Assembly: GCA_048938445.1 (NCBI GenBank)
Contig: JBHLME010000111.1
Span: forward strand, 1 to 14,887
Reading direction: 5' to 3'
Length of the DNA: 14,887 bases
DNA from: Promethearchaeota archaeon
GTDB taxonomy: Archaea; Asgardarchaeota; Lokiarchaeia; Sigyniarchaeales; SOKP01
Positions 8,541 to 14,887 of this stretch are shown one piece after another (the first letter of the stretch is position 1; the number at the start of each line of letters is the position of its first letter). Both the position numbers and the translations under genes were made by a program. The notes under the pieces are model-generated. The model made no database searches. It saw nothing but the letters and a program-made list of their open reading frames with translations, and was not told the DNA's origin.

Positions 8541-9245
8541 TTGATATTTCCTATAACAAGATTGAATGAATTATATAAAGATAATTTGCCTTTTAAAGGA
8601 ATATTTTCTGTTTATGGTGAGTTTGGGGTAGGAAAGACTACATTCTCACTTCAAACACTACTAAATACCATTAAGTTAGGTAATGATGTTATTTTTATTT
8701 ATACTAAGAAAAATTTCCCTATTAAGAGATTATATGAACTCATAAACGAAGATACTTTAAATGATTTAGATACTATTTTAAATAATATCTTAACAATACA
8801 AATTTTAAATTTTGAGGATCTCAGACAATTATCATTCAATTTAGACTTTCTAATTATTGAATATCAAAAAAAAAAAGTTAAATTACCCTCCATAATCGTT
8901 ATTGATTCAATTACTGACTTATATAGAATAAATATTGATAATGAAAAAAAAGAAAAAAATATCGAACTGAATTTTCAATTAAATCAAATTTTAGCTAATT
9001 TATTATATTTAAATCAGAAATATTCCATAGAAATCCTTATTATAAACAATATTTCACGATCAAGCAAAGATGATGAAAATTTTGAAATACAAAGTGGAGG
9101 GAAAGTAATGGATTATTGGATATCAAATTCTCTTAAAATTTCCAGAACTGAAAGACCTGACCAGAGGAATTTTAAATTGACCAAAAATCAGGAAAAAAAA
9201 AAGTATTATTTTTTTGCTAATATAACAAAAAAGGGATTTGAGTAA
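8541..9245 (+). CDS. radB: RadB-like RecA-superfamily ATPase (RadA paralogue without the N-terminal domain)
   Basis: Walker A GEFGVGKT, Walker B IIVIDS and SGGKVMDYW motif; 234 aa; TTG start. Confidence 0.75.
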   Translation: MIFPITRLNELYKDNLPFKGIFSVYGEFGVGKTTFSLQTLLNTIKLGNDVIFIYTKKNFPIKRLYELINEDTLNDLDTILNNILTIQILNFEDLRQLSFNLDFLIIEYQKKKVKLPSIIVIDSITDLYRINIDNEKKEKNIELNFQLNQILANLLYLNQKYSIEILIINNISRSSKDDENFEIQSGGKVMDYWISNSLKISRTERPDQRNFKLTKNQEKKKYYFFANITKKGFE

Positions 9246-9246
9246 A

Positions 9247-9253
9247 TTTTTTT
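9247..9253 (+). terminator. Possible oligo-T archaeal terminator after radB
   Basis: T7 run just after the stop, in a convergent intergenic gap. Weak evidence in AT-rich DNA. Confidence 0.3.
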
Positions 9254-9324
9254 CTTAAAAACATATAATAACAATATAGGACTTTCATATTGATACTATT
9301 TTATTTAAAAATCATAAAAAGTGA

Positions 9325-10443
9325 TTATACATTCATGTATCCTTTTTGTATCATGACATCTAAAGTAGATTTTGAAGATGATATCACTTCTGATCTGAAT
9401 GGAGATTTTTCCAAAATACCCGCAACGCTGTCCAAGAAAATTCTACTTATGATTTTGCATGTATGATTTAATTCTCGAATGTGTTTTGTTATTAAAATTG
9501 ATTGGGTCACATTTGGAATTGTATTGACTACACAGTCAATAGATTTGATATTTGCCTTTTCTAAGACTAGATCATCTTTAGGGTCTCCAATAATAATTGG
9601 TTTCCCTATAAACATCATTTCCTCAATCAATTCTTCATTTTCTTCAATTATTTGATATTTTATATCTGGAATTTCTAAAAATCTTTTTATTAATCTAGCA
9701 GAGATGTGATTTGCTCCAATAATGAGTATGTTCTTCTTTTTTCCTGTATGGATTTTTCTAAATATGACTTTTGATGCGAATCTTGAAGTTGATATAATTT
9801 TGGTATTATATGTGGTTTTAATTAATTCACCAATATCATCTTCAAAAATTCTATCAATTATTATGCAATTCTTGTTTATATCGCGAATATATGCATTAAC
9901 AACAAGCTGAAGTTCTAAATCATCACTCATTACATAAATTGCCCTTGCTTTATCTACGCTTGCTTCATAAAGTGTCTCAATAGTTAAAGCATCATCTAGA
10001 ACTACTGGTTCTTCCTTCTCAATTAAGTCATGTACTTTGTTTTCATCTTTATCTATCACAACTACATCAATACCTTTATTCTGGAAATATTCTCTAATTC
10101 TTTGACCAATATGATTATATCCAATGATTACAACATGATCTTCGATTTTTTTTGAAATCTCCCTTGAAGTCATGGCAGGATTATATTTTCTAAAAAGTTC
10201 AACTGTAATACTTGAAAATATCAATCCAAATATGATAAATTCAGAGAATGTTGCATAAAATCGCCCAAATTCAGTATCTAGTCTATCAAGATAAAACAAA
10301 TACTTTATACTTAACAAAAGATCCAATGTCATCGATAAAAAAACTAAATAATTAAATATAAACCAAATAATTACGATAAGAAAAGCAAAAACATGTTGTT
10401 TGAAAATAATTTTTATTTTTATAAATGTTTTTGATACTCTAAT
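9325..10443 (-). CDS. Channel-like membrane protein with two tandem TrkA-N/RCK domains (the ORF track start at 10332 is probably truncated)
   Basis: Two Rossmann motifs (HVVIIGYNHIG, NILIIGANHIS), plus VVIDKD and IIGDPKD. The frame stays open upstream of 10332 to a TGA at 10452-10450 and encodes a TM helix (VFAFLIVIIWFIFNYLVFL). AGGTGA lies 6 nt before ATT 10443. Confidence 0.8.
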   Translation of the reverse strand: MRVSKTFIKIKIIFKQHVFAFLIVIIWFIFNYLVFLSMTLDLLLSIKYLFYLDRLDTEFGRFYATFSEFIIFGLIFSSITVELFRKYNPAMTSREISKKIEDHVVIIGYNHIGQRIREYFQNKGIDVVVIDKDENKVHDLIEKEEPVVLDDALTIETLYEASVDKARAIYVMSDDLELQLVVNAYIRDINKNCIIIDRIFEDDIGELIKTTYNTKIISTSRFASKVIFRKIHTGKKKNILIIGANHISARLIKRFLEIPDIKYQIIEENEELIEEMMFIGKPIIIGDPKDDLVLEKANIKSIDCVVNTIPNVTQSILITKHIRELNHTCKIISRIFLDSVAGILEKSPFRSEVISSSKSTLDVMIQKGYMNV

Positions 10444-10449
10444 AATATT

Positions 10450-10455
10450 TCACCT
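10450..10455 (-). promoter_or_regulatory. Shine-Dalgarno AGGTGA for the RCK gene
   Basis: + strand TCACCT reads AGGTGA on -, followed by AAT ATT ATT AGA. Confidence 0.6.
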
Positions 10456-10627
10456 ATCTTTCTATAATTAATTTTATAAGATTATTTATTGAATTTAACC
10501 CTGTATTACTATCCTTAATTTTATAACATTCATATTTGTTTAAAAATCGATCTGGTAAACTTTTGAAGTACAAACTTCTCAAAAAAATAATCCTTTAAGG
10601 AACCATGTATTATTTTTAAATATAAAA

Positions 10628-11605
10628 ATGAGTGAAAAGAGTGAAAAAATTAAGTTATCGCGATGGTTAGAAAATAATACCCCTCAATATCTTCCTAATA
10701 AGGGGGAATTGATTGACATTATTGAAATTATCGCAGAAGCAACAATTCCTATCCGAGGTTTACTTGAAAAAGGAATTACTTCACGAGAAATTGAATATAG
10801 AATGAATTTAAAGAACCATAAATTAGGTTCAAGAAATATTTATGATGAAGAACAAATTCATGAAGATATATTAACTCATTCAATAATTCTTAAGGCTTTA
10901 CAAGAAGGAGACGTTGATTTCTTGTTTGTAGCATCAGAAGAAGCAGAACCCGTTTTAGGTAATGGAACTTTTGGAATTACAACTGATCCTGTAGATGGGT
11001 CATCAAATGTGGCAGTAAATAGAACCGTCGGGACAATTGTGGGAATCTTCAATGAGAAAGGTGAAATTGTTGTAGGTATGTATATTCTATATGGTATTTT
11101 TACTAATTTAGTCGTTGCTATTAATGGAAAAGTCTCTGAATTTATTCTTGATACATCACCTTACAGTATGACATTTTATCATTATGTATTTCACGATTAT
11201 ATAGAAATGCCTGATAATGATGAGGGAGGGATTAGATGCCTTGGTGGTAATTCAAATCACTGGTCAGAAAAATGTAAGGAGTATGAGGAGCATTTAATTA
11301 AAAACAATTTTAAAGACCGATACAGCGGGAGTTTTGTAGGTGATTTTCATGCAATTATCAATTATGGAGGTGTATATGCTTATTTTTTACAAAATAATAA
11401 AGCTAAACTGCGACTTTATTATGAATGGCTTCCACTTGCATTTATTGTAAAAAATTTAGGAGGTGAATTTTTAATAATAGGTAAAGATGATGATAAAAAA
11501 ACTATAGAAACTGTTGAACCATTGACAAAAGAAAATATTAAAAAAATACACTCTACTACCTGTGGAGGACTTTTAGGTAGCAAAAAAGCAGTTGATTTGT
11601 TTTAA
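10628..11605 (+). CDS. fbp: Class I fructose-1,6-bisphosphatase
   Basis: VASEE, DPVDGSSN, VGTIVGI, YILYG, RYSGSFVGDFH, GGVYAY and KLRLYYE..PLAFIV...GG motifs. Confidence 0.9.
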   Translation: MSEKSEKIKLSRWLENNTPQYLPNKGELIDIIEIIAEATIPIRGLLEKGITSREIEYRMNLKNHKLGSRNIYDEEQIHEDILTHSIILKALQEGDVDFLFVASEEAEPVLGNGTFGITTDPVDGSSNVAVNRTVGTIVGIFNEKGEIVVGMYILYGIFTNLVVAINGKVSEFILDTSPYSMTFYHYVFHDYIEMPDNDEGGIRCLGGNSNHWSEKCKEYEEHLIKNNFKDRYSGSFVGDFHAIINYGGVYAYFLQNNKAKLRLYYEWLPLAFIVKNLGGEFLIIGKDDDKKTIETVEPLTKENIKKIHSTTCGGLLGSKKAVDLF

Positions 11606-11711
11606 AATGAATAAATTAATTTTAAAAAAAGAGATCCTTCCCTGGTTTATTATTTTAAATAATTTAATTATAAACATTTAATTTCATGTCTATACAATAT
11701 TATATAAAAAA

Positions 11712-12944
11712 ATGAATGAAAAAGAAAGTAATTTAATTGTAAAGAAGGAAGGCTTAGCTAAGTTTTTTTTATATAAATTGGATGATAATGCGATTCCTTC
11801 TAAATCTATGAATGTCTTTTATAATAAAAAAATGATTATTAATCGTGATATTACTAGTCTAGCTATAAAAGCATATAGTGAATTATATGATCAAGATCTC
11901 ATTATTGTTGATTCAATGGCCGCATCGGGAATTAGTTCCATTAGATTACTGGTAGAATGTAATAATGTAAAAAAAATTTATATTAATGATATAAATCCTA
12001 TTTCAATTGATTTGATTAATAAAAATTTACTCTTAAATAATCTTGATTTAGAATTTAAAGATCAAATTCATGTTTCTAAAAAGGATGCTAATTTTTTATT
12101 ATCTGAACTTGCTCAAAAAAAAATGAATACATCTAATTCAGCAATAGCGAAAAAACCTAGTGTAATTTCGATCGATCCTTTTGGTACACCAAATAAATTT
12201 ATTAATTCTGCTTTTAGAGCTATTCAAAGGGAGAAGGGAATGATTTGTATAACCGCAACTGACACCGCAGTATTATTTGGGATAAAACCAAAAGCATGTA
12301 TTCGGAAATATATGTCAAAAACACTTCATGTAGAATATTGCAAGGAAATAGGAGCACGGATCTTAATCCATTTTATTTCAAGAATGGCGAATATTAATAA
12401 GATGGGTATTATTCCATTATTAACATTTTATTCAAATCATTTTATCAGAATATTTGCTCTTACCATAAAGAATCAAAAACAAATATCGGATTCTTTCAAA
12501 AATTACGGATATATTTTACACTGTACAAATTGTAATTATCGAATTAAAAAAAATGATAATATCCTCGAATTTAATCAATTTTGTCCAATATGTAACGATA
12601 ATACCAATATGACATATGCAGGCCCTTTATGGATTGGAAAAATCCATGATTTTGATTTTTTAAAAAAAATTTTATTATTAAATAATAATATGAACTTTGC
12701 TAATAAGAAGAAAATTGGTAAGATTTTACAGTATTGTCTCGATGAATTAAACATGCCATTATCTTATTATAACATCCATAAATTGAGCCAAAAATTAAAG
12801 CTTTCTCATGTACCTAAAATGGAAGAAGTACTTAATTTAATAAAAGATAAAGGATTTGAAGCCTCTAGAACCCACTTTGATTATACAGCGATTAAAACTA
12901 ATATGAATTTATCAGAATTAAAGAAGATTTTATTGATTAATTAA
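11712..12944 (+). CDS. trm1: tRNA (guanine-26 N2,N2)-dimethyltransferase Trm1
   Basis: VFYN..M..NRD, DSMAASGISSIR, INDIN, IDPFGTP, ITATDTAVL, EIGARIL, CxxC..CxxC Zn finger, AGPLWIG and SRTHF motifs. Confidence 0.95.
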   Translation: MNEKESNLIVKKEGLAKFFLYKLDDNAIPSKSMNVFYNKKMIINRDITSLAIKAYSELYDQDLIIVDSMAASGISSIRLLVECNNVKKIYINDINPISIDLINKNLLLNNLDLEFKDQIHVSKKDANFLLSELAQKKMNTSNSAIAKKPSVISIDPFGTPNKFINSAFRAIQREKGMICITATDTAVLFGIKPKACIRKYMSKTLHVEYCKEIGARILIHFISRMANINKMGIIPLLTFYSNHFIRIFALTIKNQKQISDSFKNYGYILHCTNCNYRIKKNDNILEFNQFCPICNDNTNMTYAGPLWIGKIHDFDFLKKILLLNNNMNFANKKKIGKILQYCLDELNMPLSYYNIHKLSQKLKLSHVPKMEEVLNLIKDKGFEASRTHFDYTAIKTNMNLSELKKILLIN

Positions 12945-12950
12945 ATATAT

Positions 12951-12956
12951 AGGTGG
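12951..12956 (+). promoter_or_regulatory. Shine-Dalgarno AGGTGG for the rlmE-like gene
   Basis: AGGTGG lies 7 nt before ATG 12964, in the 19-bp gap after trm1. Confidence 0.6.
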
Positions 12957-12963
12957 TAGTTAA

Positions 12964-13602
12964 ATGACTAAAAATCCAAAAAGACATAGGAATGATCCTC
13001 ACTATAAACAAGCCAAAAGGGAAAATTACAGAGCTCGCTCTGCTTTTAAATTATTAGATATTAATAAACGATTTAATATATTTAAAAGAGCATTTTATAT
13101 TTTAGATTTAGGTTCAACTCCTGGATCTTGGCTCCAAGTTGCTAGACAAATTGCAGAAGAAAATTTAGAAAAATATAATGATGGATTTTATCATAAAGAT
13201 CATTTTAGAATTTTAGGTGTCGACATTAAACCGATTTCACCAATTGAAGGAGTAAATACAATAAGGATGGATTTTACTTCACAAGGATTTATGGATGAGA
13301 TCCGAAATTATTTTGGAAAAAATGTTGATCTACTTCTATCAGATGCATCAATAAAAAAATCTGGAATTAAATTTAGCGATGATATCAATCAAATAAAATT
13401 ATGCTATAAAATTCTTGATATAGCAAAAAAATTTTTAAAACAAAAAGGATCAATGGTTTTGAAAGTATTCCAAGGTTCTGATTATAATGAATTTTATATG
13501 AATATGAAAAAACAATTTAAATTTTTAAAATCATATAAACCAAAAAGTTCTCGTAAGGATTCTAATGAAATATATTTAGTAGGTTTAATTAAATTAAGGT
13601 AA
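12964..13602 (+). CDS. rlmE: RlmE/FtsJ-family RNA 2'-O-methyltransferase
   Basis: YRARSAFKL, LDLGSTPGSWLQV, GVDI, LLSD, LKVFQG and KPKSSRKDSNEIY motifs. K-D-K-E tetrad present. Confidence 0.9.
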   Translation: MTKNPKRHRNDPHYKQAKRENYRARSAFKLLDINKRFNIFKRAFYILDLGSTPGSWLQVARQIAEENLEKYNDGFYHKDHFRILGVDIKPISPIEGVNTIRMDFTSQGFMDEIRNYFGKNVDLLLSDASIKKSGIKFSDDINQIKLCYKILDIAKKFLKQKGSMVLKVFQGSDYNEFYMNMKKQFKFLKSYKPKSSRKDSNEIYLVGLIKLR

Positions 13603-14211
13603 CTCTTCATTTGAATATTCTTGAATACGTTCAAAATCAACAATATAATCTTGACCTTCAAGATTCAATTCAATCCATTTCGTTAACCAATCACAATAAT
13701 GAGGATTAAATTGATCTTGATTGGTATCAGTACATTTATCATGAAATGGACAAATAAAGCAAGGAATATATGTAAATTGTTCCCAAATAAAACTTTTATT
13801 GTCATGATCGATTTCTTTTTCTTTTACATCTAAATCAATCATTTCAATAACTTTAATTCGTTTTGTCCATGAACTTTCCATTAATTCCCTTTCAATGAGG
13901 ATCTTGGATTGTAAAGCTAATTGCTCTAATATCGGTTCTAGATTTTCTCTGGTTTGATTTGAAAGTTTTAAGAGTTCACTGAAATAAAGGTCTTTTTTTT
14001 GCGTTATGATTGAAAATATTTCTTTTTCATCTTTCCTCAAATCTCGACTATAATTTTTCTTTTTTTCCTCAATTCTTTCAATCCGTCTTTCCATTTCAGA
14101 TTTCTCATCAACAGCACCTTCGACACGCTCTTTAATTCTGCATTTATGGCGACTTAAATAAGCAAAAGCTTTTCCACAATACGGACATGTTTCTTTCTTT
14201 TTCTTTGCCAT
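13594..14211 (-). CDS. tfeB: TFE-beta / RPC34 (POLR3F)-like protein: N-terminal Zn finger, winged helix and C-terminal 4-Cys Fe-S motif
   Basis: C-terminal IPCFICPFHDKC-x12-CDWLTKW resembles the RPC34/TFE-beta [4Fe-4S] motif. It is preceded by a wHTH-like segment (EKEIFSII...LYFSELLK....RENLEPILEQL...KILIER). Start is ATG 14211 (MAKKKK) or TTG 14226. 9-bp convergent overlap with rlmE. Confidence 0.72.
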   Translation of the reverse strand: MAKKKKETCPYCGKAFAYLSRHKCRIKERVEGAVDEKSEMERRIERIEEKKKNYSRDLRKDEKEIFSIITQKKDLYFSELLKLSNQTRENLEPILEQLALQSKILIERELMESSWTKRIKVIEMIDLDVKEKEIDHDNKSFIWEQFTYIPCFICPFHDKCTDTNQDQFNPHYCDWLTKWIELNLEGQDYIVDFERIQEYSNEELP

Positions 14212-14258
14212 TTGATTCAATTCCAAATTCTTATTAGCATTATTTTTGAAAGAAATTA

Positions 14259-14298
14259 CTCTAGAGAAAATTCAGAGAAGTCTTATCACTTATAAAAA
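14259..14298 (-). promoter_or_regulatory. Putative tfeB promoter: TATA (TTTTTATAA, 14298-14290) + 23 nt + palindrome CTCTAGAG (14266-14259)
   Basis: Read directly from the sequence; mirrored by the + strand element. Confidence 0.55.
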
Positions 14299-14374
14299 TA
14301 TGTTAATGTATGTTTAAAATTAAATTTTCGTATTTTTTTTCTTTTATAATTACATATTTAATATTATAAAGTGT

Positions 14375-14414
14375 TTTTTATAACTAAACAGATTATAAAA
14401 AAATACCTCTAGAG
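14375..14414 (+). promoter_or_regulatory. Putative RadA-paralogue promoter: TATA (TTTTTATAA, 14375-14383) + 23 nt + palindrome CTCTAGAG (14407-14414)
   Basis: Read directly from the sequence; AAGGA (14422-14426) precedes ATG 14431. Confidence 0.55.
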
Positions 14415-14430
14415 ATAATTTAAGGAAAAT

Positions 14431-14887
14431 ATGTTGCCTCCCGAGCATCTCTTAAATATAAATGAGAATCAAATACTTGATCTTAATAATCTCATTAAAA
14501 ATCATTTAAATAATAAAAAATCAGATGAGCAAATTTCCACAGGTACAAATAATTTAGATGATGTTTTAGGAGGAGGATTATGTTTTGGAAAGATCTACTT
14601 AGTATATGGTACAAGTAAAACAGGAAAAACTCAGTTTTGTCATCAGATGAGCATTCAAGCTATAATGAATAAAAAATTAGCATATTATCTTGATACGGAA
14701 AATACCTTTCGAGTAGAAAGAATTACGGAAATGGTAAAGAATCTAAAAATTTCTCCTGAACTCATATTAAAAAACATTTTTGTATCTAAAATAATGAGCA
14801 GTTCGATGCTTCTACTCTCCCTTAATGATATTGAAGAAAAATTTAGTAAGGGTAATAATCAAGTTCTCATCATAGACACGATTAATA
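14431..14887 (+). CDS. RadA/Rad51 paralogue (no N-terminal HhH domain), 3'-truncated by the window end; absent from the ORF track
   Basis: Manual translation: MLPPEHLL...ISTGTNNLDDVLGGGLCFGKIYLVYGTSKTGKTQFCHQ...YLDTENTFRVERI...VLIIDTIN. Shows Walker A, the RadA-type DTExTFRxERI motif and Walker B, with no stop before the window end. Confidence 0.9.
   Translation, partial: MLPPEHLLNINENQILDLNNLIKNHLNNKKSDEQISTGTNNLDDVLGGGLCFGKIYLVYGTSKTGKTQFCHQMSIQAIMNKKLAYYLDTENTFRVERITEMVKNLKISPELILKNIFVSKIMSSSMLLLSLNDIEEKFSKGNNQVLIIDTIN

Noticed and set aside
9722-9910. 62-aa + strand ORF
   Set aside because: Antisense inside the RCK gene.
10439-10453. GTG-started mini-ORF (GTG AAA TAT TAT TAG) on the - strand
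   Set aside because: The GTG is part of the AGGTGA SD and the ORF has only 4 sense codons; no support as a leader peptide.
10565-10601. Short inverted repeats upstream of fbp (GAAGT-acaa-ACTTC; TCCTT-t-AAGGA)
   Set aside because: 5-bp arms in single copies are compatible with chance.
1-14887. CRISPR array, tRNA/rRNA, IS element, intein or defence system
   Set aside because: No periodic repeats, GC-rich structured islands, transposase or integrase motifs, or intein termini were seen; intergenic gaps are short and AT-rich.

Overview
Very AT-rich, gene-dense archaeal chromosomal DNA. The gene content (AglH/GPT, Trm1, RadB and RadA paralogues, an RPC34/TFE-beta homologue, AGGTGA/AGGTGG ribosome-binding sites, TATA promoters) is archaeal; an Asgard/Lokiarchaeia-like origin is an inference. 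From left to right: (i) a tightly coupled five-gene + strand membrane/glyco operon: aglH-like GlcNAc-1-P transferase (5'-truncated), a giant M48/HtpX-type protease, a polyprenyl-phosphate phosphoribosyltransferase-type UbiA, a PHP phosphoesterase and DUF362; (ii) tlyA and a YqgF/RNase H-fold gene on the - strand, divergent from radB; (iii) a 2-TM, tandem-RCK channel-like gene lacking the K+ filter, probably with an ATT start; (iv) class I FBPase, trm1 and an RlmE/Trm7-like methyltransferase; (v) a Zn-finger-fused TFE-beta/RPC34 homologue divergent from a RadA/Rad51 paralogue that the ORF track missed and the window end truncates. The best leads are a putative lipid-linked pentose donor pathway tied to N-glycosylation, and a mirror-symmetric divergent promoter (TTTTTATAA-N23-CTCTAGAG in both directions) between tfeB and the RadA paralogue. 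No CRISPR, mobile element or RNA gene was recognised. All family calls come from motif recognition by eye, not from database searches.
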